Source: Pseudomonadota bacterium | GTDB lineage: Bacteria; Pseudomonadota; Alphaproteobacteria; Rhodobacterales; Rhodobacteraceae | DNA: 64,000 nucleotides | NCBI GenBank assembly: GCA_039197515.1 | Contig: JBCCUC010000004.1 | Location: forward strand, 35,567 to 99,566 | Reading direction: 5' to 3' | In this document: positions 34,665-45,067 of the stretch, in pieces | Layout: each line of letters starts with the position of its first letter | How positions within the stretch are numbered: position 1 is the first letter of the stretch | Notes under the pieces: generated by a model | Database searches by the model: none | Told to the model about the DNA's origin: nothing | What the model saw: the letters and a program-made list of their open reading frames with translations, nothing else | Program-made: the position numbers and the translations under genes

Positions 34665-35657
34665 ATGAAGATCGCAGTGCAAGAAATTGACGACACAGTG
34701 AAAACCGCGCTCCTGAAACATGGTGCAGACGCCTTTGCGGCAGCCGAAGTGGCGCGGGCCGTTGCCGCGGCAGAGGCGGCGGGGAACAAGATCTGCGGGC
34801 TCTACTACGTGGAAAGCTATTGCGCGCAGCTGCTCAGCGGTCGCGTGAAGGGCCGCGTCACACCCACCGTGACCCGCCCGCGGCCTGGCACGGTGCAGGT
34901 GGACGCCCATTACGGTTTTGCCCAACCCGCCTTCACCGCGGGCCTGCCAGTTGCCTGCGATGCCGCGCGAGAGGGCGGTGTGGCAACGCTCGCCGTGGGG
35001 CACGCGCACACCTGCACGTCGTTGGGCTATTTCACCGAACAGATCGCGCGCGCGGGCTGCATCGGCCTGGGCTTCACCAATGCCACGCCGATCGTGGCCG
35101 CCCCCGGCGGCAAGACCCGCGTCATCGGCACGAACCCCATTGCCTTCTCAGTACCCGACGGCGTGGGTGGCGTTGCCATGCAATTCGATCAATCGACCAC
35201 TGTGGTTGCCTTGGGCAAGATCACCATAGCCAAAGCGGCGGGAGAGCCGATCCCCGAAGGCTGGGCCGTGGATGCGCAAGGCCATCCGACGACAGATCCT
35301 GAGGCCGCCCTCAACGGATCTCTGGTGTCGGTGGGTGGCTACAAGGGCTGGGGCTTTGGCCTCATGGCAGAGATCTTGGCCGCAGGCATGACCGGCGGCC
35401 TCCTTTCCAAAGATGTCGCCCCGCTCAAGGCACCGGAAGGCGCACCGCATGATCTGGGGCAATTCTACATCCTGATCGACCCTCAGGTCGCCCCCGAATT
35501 TGCAGACCGGCTGTCTCACTTAGCCGAGGCTGCCGGCGTCGATCCTGGCACCCGCATGCCGGGGCAAGGCAAGCAGCCAGTGGATCTCGTTGACGTCGAG
35601 CAAACGGTTTGGGCGCAGATGCAAAGGCTGGCGGGCAGCGCTACGCCTGTTGGGTGA
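34665..35657 (+). CDS. Ldh_2 (type 2 malate/L-lactate dehydrogenase; ComC/DpkA-like) oxidoreductase
   Basis: VDAHYGF, GTNPIAF, IPEGWAVD, GGYKGWGFGL; substrate cannot be determined. Confidence 0.88.
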   Translation: MKIAVQEIDDTVKTALLKHGADAFAAAEVARAVAAAEAAGNKICGLYYVESYCAQLLSGRVKGRVTPTVTRPRPGTVQVDAHYGFAQPAFTAGLPVACDAAREGGVATLAVGHAHTCTSLGYFTEQIARAGCIGLGFTNATPIVAAPGGKTRVIGTNPIAFSVPDGVGGVAMQFDQSTTVVALGKITIAKAAGEPIPEGWAVDAQGHPTTDPEAALNGSLVSVGGYKGWGFGLMAEILAAGMTGGLLSKDVAPLKAPEGAPHDLGQFYILIDPQVAPEFADRLSHLAEAAGVDPGTRMPGQGKQPVDLVDVEQTVWAQMQRLAGSATPVG

Positions 35658-36075
35658 ACCAGACGCCCAGGGCCATCAGCGCAATGCCGCCCGCGCGGGT
35701 GGCGTTGAGCGGCGAGACCTGTGCGCCAAAAAGCCCAAAGTGATCGATGGCCGCTGCCGAGATAAGCTGGCCCAGGAGCACAAAAAACACCGCATTGCCC
35801 ACGCCAAAGCGCGGCGCGATGAAGGTGATGCTGAGCACGTAAAAGCCGATGAGGGCACCGGCCAAAAAGAGGTGTTTGGGCGCGCTGGCGAACCGGTTCA
35901 GCGCATGCGGCCCCGTCACCAGCGCGACCATCAGCGCAGTGGCAAAGGCCACGATAAAGAGCACCGTTGCCGCCGCGGCGGGCGATCCGACGTGGCGGCC
36001 CAAGGCCGCGTTCATCGCGGCGAGCACGGGGATCCCGATCCCGGCCACCAGCATGATCAGCGCGTAATGCATCAT
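35641..36075 (-). CDS. DMT family (YdcZ-like) transporter
   Basis: GIP..AAMNA.LG, LLGQL....IDHFGLFG; about five TM helices. Confidence 0.85.
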   Translation of the reverse strand: MMHYALIMLVAGIGIPVLAAMNAALGRHVGSPAAAATVLFIVAFATALMVALVTGPHALNRFASAPKHLFLAGALIGFYVLSITFIAPRFGVGNAVFFVLLGQLISAAAIDHFGLFGAQVSPLNATRAGGIALMALGVWFTQQA

Positions 36076-36749
36076 CCGCAGATCCCGCCGATCTCAGCCC
36101 CGGCCCAGGGCAGGCGCACGTTCCACTCGCGCGAGGCGGGCAGGGGTTTCACTGGCATCACCGCCTCAATCAGCGCGTGCAGCCGTGCCGTACGTGGCCC
36201 GTCGGGGGCCAGCGCGCGACAGCAGACATATTCCTCTACGATAGAGGCCTGTTGCTCAAACCCAAAATCTCCAAAGGCCGGGGCCTCATCGAGTTCAAAG
36301 AGATAGGGATCGTCGCGGGTGATCTGCTCGGCCCCCGCGCGCAGAGGCGAATATCCCGAGCTGGCCCGGTTCTGCCACTGCCAGACATGGGTGATCTCAT
36401 GCGCAAAGAGCATTGCTGCGATGAGGCCGATGGTGTCCGGATAGTCGGGCAGGTAGTCCTCCAGATACCAATCGCGGTCAAAGAGCACGGTATTGTAGAG
36501 CGCGACCGCCGCGGGTTTTGAGGTTACGATGGCCTCGGTCACCGGCGGCAAGATCAGCTCCCGGCAGGTGGTGCGCGGCCGTGGCTTGCGCCGAAAGGTC
36601 ACCGCCCGCGTCGGCGCGCCATCGTGCAGCCGCACCCGGTCCATATTGAGCGTCTCGCCATGAAATGTCTCCAGAAACGCCTGCTCATTGGACGTGAGCG
36701 GACGGCCACAGGCGGCCAGGACAAGACAGAGAAGCAAGACGCGGAGCAT
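36072..36749 (-). CDS. Lipoprotein with HExxH zincin-like motif
   Basis: LAAC lipobox; RPLT..E; AHEITHVWQ; EQQA downstream. Confidence 0.75.
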   Translation of the reverse strand: MLRVLLLCLVLAACGRPLTSNEQAFLETFHGETLNMDRVRLHDGAPTRAVTFRRKPRPRTTCRELILPPVTEAIVTSKPAAVALYNTVLFDRDWYLEDYLPDYPDTIGLIAAMLFAHEITHVWQWQNRASSGYSPLRAGAEQITRDDPYLFELDEAPAFGDFGFEQQASIVEEYVCCRALAPDGPRTARLHALIEAVMPVKPLPASREWNVRLPWAGAEIGGICG

Positions 36750-36975
36750 AAGCGGAGTAAGCCGCGCCCAGCCCGCAGGTTCAAGCGGATTGCGCGCCTT
36801 TGCGGTAGGATGGGGGGTGATGCCATGTTTCAGCCCGCCAACGCGGGCGTGATGGGGCGTGAGAAAGTGCCTCTTTATGTGTCAACCTGTCGCACCCATG
36901 TTTTGGTTAGATCGCAGGGCAAGAGGCCCCGCGGCACAGACCGCAGCAAGATACTGCCGGAAAAGGAGAAAACCC

Positions 36976-37062
36976 ATGCTGAAAGTGATCTTCCCCACCG
37001 TCGTCGGTTTCGCCGCCATGATGAGCGTCTGGGGCTATACAGCCGCCACCTATATGATGTGA
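36976..37062 (+). CDS. Small single-TM protein (28 aa)
   Basis: AAGGAG SD 7 nt before the ATG; MLKVIFPTVVGFAAMMSVWGYTAATYMM. Confidence 0.55.
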   Translation: MLKVIFPTVVGFAAMMSVWGYTAATYMM

Positions 37063-37106
37063 TGTGTCCCCGCTGGTTCTCATCCCTAAAACAGTCACGA
37101 AGGGCC

Positions 37107-37180
37107 GCGCCCGACCGCAGGTAGGGGTAAAGGCCCCGCCCATGGGGACGGTTGGGGGCTGCCCGGCTCTCTGCCGGGCG
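37107..37180. repeat. GC-rich double-hairpin intergenic element
   Basis: GCGCCCGACCG pairs imperfectly with CGGTTGGGGGC, followed by GCCCGGC-TCTCT-GCCGGGC. Confidence 0.45.
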
Positions 37181-37367
37181 AGGTGGCGATTGAGTGCGCC
37201 CTTTAGTGGTTTTACCCCCTTTAGCCAAAGGAATCCTAGAACCACCTTGACGTTGCAATATTGAAAAATCAAAGACGATTAAGGTTGTCAAAGGGTGAGC
37301 CTTAGTTCGCTGACCAAATCTGCATATTGAAGGAAATCAGTTCCGGGCTTTTCAACTGTCCAAGGTT

Positions 37368-38027
37368 CTATTCTTCCTTGTTCTGTGCGATGCTCGGATC
37401 GCCTCTAACAACTGAGATCCAGAAGTACATCTCGTTAAGATCATCGCCTTTCCCAACTCTAGCAAAAGCCAAGTACTTTTTAAGCTCACCTTTCGGAAGG
37501 AACAGCGTAAGGCCTTCGAAAAAGCCCTCCTGCGCAACCTCCCGTTCAACCTCGCCAATCTCAACGCTGTTTCTGGAAGCAACCCATTCTGGAGCGAGAG
37601 AGTTAATCTCTTCAAAAACAGCGATTTTTTCTTGCGGGGACCAATCAGTTGAATCAGTGGTCAGATAGCAAAGGGCGAAGTCATGTTCGCCCTCGCCGTA
37701 ATGAAACCTAATGTCCGATTTCCGATCATCGTAGGTTCGCAAAGCTGTGTTTGGCACCCAAAACAGCCCTCTGCCGGGAAAGTAGCCTTCGTCAATGAAT
37801 TGCCAGCATCTGTCGATCGCCTCCATGGCCTCTTCGACAGCAGTTTTTGGAGGATAAAGGATCTTAGGGAGCACAAAACCGATTGTCAGGAGCCACAACG
37901 CGAAGACTCCGAACGATGCTGATAAGGCCAGTCCGGCCTGCAATCCGCCCTTCAATCCGCCCTTAACGCGTTCAAGACGTGTTCGCAGTCCTATTAAAAA
38001 ATACCAAATAGCCGAATAGCGCTTCAA
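37368..38027 (-). CDS. Low-GC membrane-anchored hypothetical protein
   Basis: 219-aa ORF with one hydrophobic segment; TTG start overlaps the parE stop (true start may be downstream); visibly AT-richer than its neighbours. Confidence 0.55.
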   Translation of the reverse strand: MKRYSAIWYFLIGLRTRLERVKGGLKGGLQAGLALSASFGVFALWLLTIGFVLPKILYPPKTAVEEAMEAIDRCWQFIDEGYFPGRGLFWVPNTALRTYDDRKSDIRFHYGEGEHDFALCYLTTDSTDWSPQEKIAVFEEINSLAPEWVASRNSVEIGEVEREVAQEGFFEGLTLFLPKGELKKYLAFARVGKGDDLNEMYFWISVVRGDPSIAQNKEE

Positions 38028-39979
38028 ACATCCAACTCCTCCACAAACCGGGCGTTCTGCTGGATGTACTCGAACCGCAGCTCCGGCTTTTTGCCCATCA
38101 GCCGCTCGACCAAATCCCCGGTCTCACCCGGCGTGTCTTCGTCCACCGAGACGCGGATGAGTTTGCGGGTGGCGGGGTCCATCGTGGTCTCTTTGAGGTC
38201 TTTGGCGTCCATCTCGCCCAGCCCCTTGAAGCGCTGGAGGTCGATCTTGCCTTTCCCGCCGAGGCCTTTGTCCAGCCAGTGGTCCTTCTCCGCGTCGTCG
38301 AGCACGTAGCGGCGCACCGCGCCTTGCGTCAGGCGGTAGAGCGGGGGGCAGGCCAGATAGAGGTGCCCGCCGTCGATGAGCGGGCGCATCTGGGTGAAAA
38401 AGAAGGTCATCAGCAGCGAGGCGATATGCGCGCCGTCCACGTCCGCGTCCGTCATGATGATGATCTTGTCATAGCGCAATTCATCAAGGTTGAACTTCGT
38501 GCCCATCCCGGTGCCGAGCGCCTCGCAAAGATCGCGGATCTCGGCATTGCTGCTGAGCTTGCCCGCAGCCGCCCCCAGAACGTTCAACACCTTGCCGCGC
38601 AGAGGCAGGAGCGCTTGGGTCTCGCGGTTGCGGGCCCCTTTGCCGGAACCCCCGGCCGAATCGCCCTCTACGATAAAGAGCTCCGTGCCCGCGCGGTCCT
38701 TTGACGTGCAATCGGTGAGCTTGCCAGGCAGGCGCAGCTTCTTGGTGGCCGATTTGCGGGCGGTTTCTTTTTCTTGACGCCGCCGCAGCCTCTCTTCGGC
38801 GCGCAGCACCAGAAAATCGAGGATCGCGCCTGCTGATTTCGTATCCGCCGCCAGCCAATTGTCGAAGTGATCGCGCACGGCCCCTTCGGTCATCTTCTGC
38901 GCGGCTTCGGTCGACAGCCGGTCCTTGGTCTGCCCCACAAACGCCGGATCAGCGATAAAGCAAGAGACCAGCGCGCAGCCGCCCGAGATGAGATCCTCCC
39001 GCGTGATCTGGCCCGCCTTCTTGTTGCCTGCAAGCTCGCCGTAGGCTTTGATGCCCTTGAGGATCGCCGCCCAAAAGCCCGCCACATGGGTGCCGCCCTC
39101 CGGCGTGGGCACGGTGTTGCAGTAGCTTTGGATGAAGCCGTCACGGCTTGGCGTCCAGTTGATCGCCCATTCGACCTTGCCGGGGGTGCCGAACTTCTCT
39201 TGAAACGCGACGCTGCCCGCAAAGGCGGTATCGGCATAGGTCATCGCGGTGCCAAGGCTCTGCTTGAGATAGTCAGACAGCCCGCCGGGGAAGTGAAACG
39301 TGGCCTCTTGCGGCGTATCCCCATCGGCAATGGCCGACTTCCAGCGGATTTCCACCCCGGAAAAGAGATAGGCCTTAGATTGCGCGGATTTATAAAGCCG
39401 CGCGGGTTTGAACCGGTGGGTGCCAAATATCTCAGCGTCGGCGTGAAAGGTCACGGTGGTCCCGCGGCGGTTGGGGGCGGCCCCCAGCTTCTCCAGCTTG
39501 CCCAAGGGCACACCGCGCGAGAAACGTTGCTCATAAAGTTCGCGGTTGCGCGCCACTTGCACCACCATGGAATCCGACAGGGCATTCACCACGGAGGATC
39601 CCACACCGTTGAGACCGCCCGAGGTCTGATAGGCCTTGCCCGAGAACTTGCCGCCCGCGTGCAGCGTGCAGAGGATCACCTCCAGCGCGCTCTTGTCCGG
39701 GAACTTGGGGTGCGGGTCTATGGGGATGCCCCGGCCATTGTCGCGCACCGTGATCGCGTAGTCTTCGTGCAGTTCCACCTCGATGCGCGTGGCATGGCCT
39801 GCAACGGCCTCGTCCATCGCGTTGTCGAGCACTTCGGCCACCATGTGGTGCAACGCACGCTCATCCGTGCCGCCGATGTACATGCCAGGGCGCAGGCGCA
39901 CAGCCTCCAGCCCCTCCAGCACTTCGATGGCGGAAGCATCGTATTTTTCAGGCTCACTGCCGGACAAAAGATCGTTCAT
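38024..39979 (-). CDS. parE: DNA topoisomerase IV subunit B
   Basis: VLEGLEAVR.RPGMYIG, LHAGGKF, VEGDSAGGS, PLRGK, MTDADVDG, QRFKGLGEM; about 650 aa without the GyrB insertion. Confidence 0.95.
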   Translation of the reverse strand: MNDLLSGSEPEKYDASAIEVLEGLEAVRLRPGMYIGGTDERALHHMVAEVLDNAMDEAVAGHATRIEVELHEDYAITVRDNGRGIPIDPHPKFPDKSALEVILCTLHAGGKFSGKAYQTSGGLNGVGSSVVNALSDSMVVQVARNRELYEQRFSRGVPLGKLEKLGAAPNRRGTTVTFHADAEIFGTHRFKPARLYKSAQSKAYLFSGVEIRWKSAIADGDTPQEATFHFPGGLSDYLKQSLGTAMTYADTAFAGSVAFQEKFGTPGKVEWAINWTPSRDGFIQSYCNTVPTPEGGTHVAGFWAAILKGIKAYGELAGNKKAGQITREDLISGGCALVSCFIADPAFVGQTKDRLSTEAAQKMTEGAVRDHFDNWLAADTKSAGAILDFLVLRAEERLRRRQEKETARKSATKKLRLPGKLTDCTSKDRAGTELFIVEGDSAGGSGKGARNRETQALLPLRGKVLNVLGAAAGKLSSNAEIRDLCEALGTGMGTKFNLDELRYDKIIIMTDADVDGAHIASLLMTFFFTQMRPLIDGGHLYLACPPLYRLTQGAVRRYVLDDAEKDHWLDKGLGGKGKIDLQRFKGLGEMDAKDLKETTMDPATRKLIRVSVDEDTPGETGDLVERLMGKKPELRFEYIQQNARFVEELDV

Positions 39980-40065
39980 GGGACTGCTCTCGTTGGTTTC
40001 GCATAGTGTGACAGCCCGCGCCTTTGGCTGCAATCACCGCGATGGCGGTCTTGCGGATGCCCTGT

Positions 40066-40109
40066 GGTGTCAATGAGGTGTCAATGGGGTGCCAATGGGG
40101 TGTCAATCT
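40066..40109. repeat. Four tandem 11-bp direct repeats between parE and dddL
   Basis: GGTGTCAATGA / GGTGTCAATGG / GGTGCCAATGG / GGTGTCAATCT. Confidence 0.85.
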
Positions 40110-40250
40110 TGCCGCTTGGGCAGGCATTTTGTCGGCCTGAAAGACATGTGTTGACCATTTCGCAGGCTTGCGCCGTTTCTCAGCCCTGGGAGGGTTCCAT
40201 TTTAGATCGGGCGGTGTACATGCAGCCTGAGTTTTGAGGTGATCCGAGCC

Positions 40251-40958
40251 ATGACAGAGCAGCCCGCCCTAGCGCCACGCCCACCCTCCGATGTGCAAGC
40301 TGTCGCGCCCAGCACACTGCAAGACATGCCGGATTGGCTGTACCTGCTGCAAGAATTCGATGAGCTCTACCGGTTCGTGCCGGCGGGCGGCAGCGACCGG
40401 ATCGCGGCGCACCAGCGCAAAACGCGGGAAGCCATTGCCCGGCTCTTGCGGGCCCCGACCCAAGTGCGATTGCAGCCCAAGGCGACAAAACCGGTGGTCG
40501 CGCATCTGCGCCGTGCCCTTGACGAGGGGCGCCAAACCGTGATGGCGCCGATGGTGCGTGCCTTGGATGCGGTGCGCCCGGATCTTAGCTGGCAATACGG
40601 CTATGAAAAGGTGCCGCGCGGGCTGCAGAACAAATACGCCTATGCCGAGATCGGCGGGCCCAACGGGCCTATTCTGACCGAGGATATCATCTTGGGCGTG
40701 GTGCTTTTCGCGCCGAACTGCACCTATCCCGCGCACGCCCACCAAGGCATCACCGAGAGCTATCTTTGCCTCTCGGGCGCGGTTTCTGAGAACCACCAGG
40801 GCGTCTATGTGCCGGGCTCTATGATCTTTAATCCGCCCGATCACCTGCACCGCATCACCGTGGGCAAACGCGAACCGGCGCTTTTGGCCTACGCCTGGAT
40901 GGGCGACCGCGAAGACCTTTCAAACCAACGCATGGTGTTTTCGCGCAGTCGCCGGTAA
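40251..40958 (+). CDS. dddL: DMSP lyase, DddL type (cupin)
   Basis: AGGS..I..HQR, W.YGYEKVP.GL..KYAYAEI.GP.GP, LFAP.CTYPAHAH.GITESY, NPP...HRITV, LLAYAW. Confidence 0.88.
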   Translation: MTEQPALAPRPPSDVQAVAPSTLQDMPDWLYLLQEFDELYRFVPAGGSDRIAAHQRKTREAIARLLRAPTQVRLQPKATKPVVAHLRRALDEGRQTVMAPMVRALDAVRPDLSWQYGYEKVPRGLQNKYAYAEIGGPNGPILTEDIILGVVLFAPNCTYPAHAHQGITESYLCLSGAVSENHQGVYVPGSMIFNPPDHLHRITVGKREPALLAYAWMGDREDLSNQRMVFSRSRR

Positions 40959-40963
40959 CCCCG

Positions 40964-41857
40964 CTAGCGCGGGTCGGGCGGCATCCAGTCCAAGATAGCT
41001 TCTGCCACGGCAGCCGGTTTTTGGTGGTGCAGCCAATGGTCGGCCCCCTCAATCTCCACACGTGTGAGATCGGGTGCAAAGGTCTCTAACCCTTCGGTCG
41101 TCTTGGGCAGGAGCGCGGTGTCGTTCATGCCCCAGATGAGCAGATGCGGGCAGCGCACGTGCAGTTTCTCAACCGGCAGGTCTGGCGCATCCGTCAGCGC
41201 CACGCCCGGTGTTCCCACGACCAGCGGCGAGGCGCAGTACCAATTGAGCATGCCGCGCAACCGTCCAGGCCGCGCCCATTCTGCCTGGTAGGCCGCCTCA
41301 GTTTCCGCATCAGACCAGGCATGATCCATCTTGGCACAGAACAGCGTTTTGAGCTTGGCAAAATCATTTGTGGCAAGCTTCTCCTCCGCCCCCTCGGCGC
41401 GCAAAAAGTGCATGTATTGCGAGGCTTCACATTGCGCGCCCCCCTGTGCGAGGGCACGCTGAAAAAGCAGCGGGTGCACGCCGTTCATGATGATGAGGCG
41501 CGACACGAGATCGGGGCGGGAAAAAGCGAGCGCATAGGCCACTGCCGCCCCCCAATCATGGCCAAGCACCGTGACGGGCGCATCACCGATCAGCGCGACC
41601 ATATCGCCCACCAGCTTGCCTGTCGCATAATCCGCGACGTCAACAGGGGCCCAGCTTTGGCCAAAGCCGCGCTGATCGGGCGCAATGCAGTGAAACCGCG
41701 TCGAAAGACCCTGCGCTAACGTCTCCCAAGCCCCCCCGTATTCGGGAAAGCCGTGCAGCATCAGGAGTTTTGGTAGGTGCCGCGCGCCCCAGCGCCGGAC
41801 AAAGAACGTCTCTCCGTTCAGCCTCTCAAAGCCTTCTCTGGCGGCACTCTCTTGCAT
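40964..41857 (-). CDS. Alpha/beta hydrolase (epoxide hydrolase-like)
   Basis: LHGFPE, DQRGFG, GHDWG nucleophilic Asp, ADHWLH. Confidence 0.9.
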   Translation of the reverse strand: MQESAAREGFERLNGETFFVRRWGARHLPKLLMLHGFPEYGGAWETLAQGLSTRFHCIAPDQRGFGQSWAPVDVADYATGKLVGDMVALIGDAPVTVLGHDWGAAVAYALAFSRPDLVSRLIIMNGVHPLLFQRALAQGGAQCEASQYMHFLRAEGAEEKLATNDFAKLKTLFCAKMDHAWSDAETEAAYQAEWARPGRLRGMLNWYCASPLVVGTPGVALTDAPDLPVEKLHVRCPHLLIWGMNDTALLPKTTEGLETFAPDLTRVEIEGADHWLHHQKPAAVAEAILDWMPPDPR

Positions 41858-42000
41858 GTGGCGGATCTCCTTTGCCGCCATTCTGCCTGCGCGGCTTTCG
41901 CTGTCCAGCCCGACGTCACGTGCCCCCTCTGGCACGTATCCAACAGGCGCAAGCTATAGCCCCTTTTCCTTTGCGCAGGCGCGGCGTAAGGCAAAGGGCC

Positions 42001-43368
42001 ATGACACCCGGAATGACATACAGCGGGCACGCGCGCGCGATCCTCACCCTCGGTCTGCCGCTCATCGGTGGGCATCTGGGGCAGGTGGCCATCGGGGTGA
42101 CCGATACCGTTATGCTGGGCTGGTATTCGGTCGAAGCTTTGGCCGCTGTCACCCTGGGCAGCACCTATTTCTTCGTGCTGATGATCTTTGGCTCAGGCTA
42201 TGCTTGGGCCGTGATGCCGATGGTCGCGACTTTCGCGGCCGAGGAAGACGACACGAGCATCCGCCGCGCGACACGCATGGGCATCTGGCTCTCGCTCGGC
42301 TTTGCCTGCTGCGCGCTGCCGGTGATGCTGCTCGCCGGACCGCTCTTGCGCATGCTGGGCCAGGGAGAGGCACTCGCGGCGGACGCGGGGGCGTATCTCG
42401 CGGTCGCGGGGTGGGGCATCTTCCCCGCGCTCCTGGTCATGGTCCTCAAATCCTACCTTGCCGCGTTGGAGCGCACGCAGATCGTGCTCTGGATCACGCT
42501 GCTGGCAGCCCTGGCCAACGGTCTGGCCAACTACGCCTTTATCTTCGGCAACTGGGGCGCGCCGGAACTGGGGCTTGTGGGGGCGGCCATCGCTTCGCTA
42601 CTGACCCAGGTGGTCGCGCTCATCGGGGTGGTGGCCTACATCCTCATCGTGGTGCCGCAGCACAAGCTTTTCGTACGGTTCTGGCGGCTGGATCGACAGA
42701 TGCTCAAGCGTGTGTTCACGCTGGGCTGGCCCATCAGCCTGACCTCGCTCAGTGAAGTGGGCCTCTTTGCCGCCTCCGCAATGATGATGGGCTGGCTTGG
42801 CACGATCCCGCTGGCCGCGCATGGGATTGTGATGCAGCTCACCTCGCTCACCTTCATGGTGCACCTGGGGCTCTCGAACGTGGCGACCATCCGCGTCGGC
42901 AACGCCCACGGCCGCCGGGACCAGCCGCATATGGTGCGCGGGGCGCTCATGGTGACGATGATGTCGGTCTTGTTTGCCTTCATCACCATCGGTCTCTTTG
43001 TGGGCTGGCCCGAGCCGCTCATCGCGCTGTTCATGCGCGCCGATGAACCCGCACGGGTGGAGATCCTGACCATCGGTGTCGTGCTCCTGGCCATGGCCGC
43101 GCTGTTTCAGCTTGTGGACGGCGCGCAGGCGGTGGCGCTTGGGCTTTTGCGCGGCGCACACGACACTGCGGTGCCGATGTGGATGGCCGCCTTCAGCTAC
43201 TGGGGCATCGGTGTGCCCACCTCTTACATCCTGGGCTTCGTCTTTGGGTTTGAAGGGGTCGGCGTATGGTCGGGCCTGGTGATCGGGCTTTTGTTTGCCA
43301 GCGTGCTGCTCAACACGCGCTTTTGGCGTGTCGTGCTGCCACGCGTCGGAGCTTACGCGCCAGCCTAA
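42001..43368 (+). CDS. MATE family efflux transporter (NorM-like)
   Basis: TDTVMLG, IFGNWGAPELGLVGA, ATIRVGNA.G, FQLVDG.Q. Confidence 0.92.
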   Translation: MTPGMTYSGHARAILTLGLPLIGGHLGQVAIGVTDTVMLGWYSVEALAAVTLGSTYFFVLMIFGSGYAWAVMPMVATFAAEEDDTSIRRATRMGIWLSLGFACCALPVMLLAGPLLRMLGQGEALAADAGAYLAVAGWGIFPALLVMVLKSYLAALERTQIVLWITLLAALANGLANYAFIFGNWGAPELGLVGAAIASLLTQVVALIGVVAYILIVVPQHKLFVRFWRLDRQMLKRVFTLGWPISLTSLSEVGLFAASAMMMGWLGTIPLAAHGIVMQLTSLTFMVHLGLSNVATIRVGNAHGRRDQPHMVRGALMVTMMSVLFAFITIGLFVGWPEPLIALFMRADEPARVEILTIGVVLLAMAALFQLVDGAQAVALGLLRGAHDTAVPMWMAAFSYWGIGVPTSYILGFVFGFEGVGVWSGLVIGLLFASVLLNTRFWRVVLPRVGAYAPA

Positions 43369-43769
43369 CCCGACCTGCCGAGCCGCTCCGACTTTTTGCG
43401 CACCAGCACTTCGCGCAAGTCATGCATGGCCAGAAGCAATGGGTCGGTGACATCCTCTAACGCGTCCGCACTGGCCCGCGTCTGCGCCCAGTGGGTGGTG
43501 AGGTTGATCCGGTCAATCAACCGCTGCACATCGTCCGTCTCTCGCGCGGCCAGCGTCCCGCGCCGCTCCGCCATCCAGCGCTCAATCGCGGCGCTGTCAG
43601 CGTCTGAAAGCGCGCCCCCCCCCTGGGGCTTGACCTCACCGTTTTTGATGTTGAGCACGGCAATCTGGTCAAGGGCCAACCGCCGATCTCGCGTGTCGGG
43701 ATCAACACGGAAGACCGCCGCGCCGTTCTCGCGCACGCGAAAGTAATATGCTGGCAGGCCCTGCGCCAC
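43365..43769 (-). CDS. Conserved hypothetical protein
   Basis: YYFRVRENGA.VFRVD...LLLAMHDLR.VLVRKK; abuts the aatA stop. Confidence 0.75.
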   Translation of the reverse strand: MAQGLPAYYFRVRENGAAVFRVDPDTRDRRLALDQIAVLNIKNGEVKPQGGGALSDADSAAIERWMAERRGTLAARETDDVQRLIDRINLTTHWAQTRASADALEDVTDPLLLAMHDLREVLVRKKSERLGRSG

Positions 43770-45005
<1,236 letters not shown>

Positions 45006-45067
45006 TCATAGGCGTGCCCCCTTGAACGATCAAGCACCTTGCGCCGCCGAAAGAGAGGAGATCCGCA

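Noticed and set aside
38867-40006. 379-aa plus-strand ORF opposite parE
   Set aside because: Antisense shadow; the same applies to long ORFs opposite pccB, scpA, AI-2E, Slam and the MFS genes.
40066-40109. Repeat arrays here and at 63524-63574 as CRISPR
   Set aside because: Units are short and contiguous, with no unique spacers and no cas genes.
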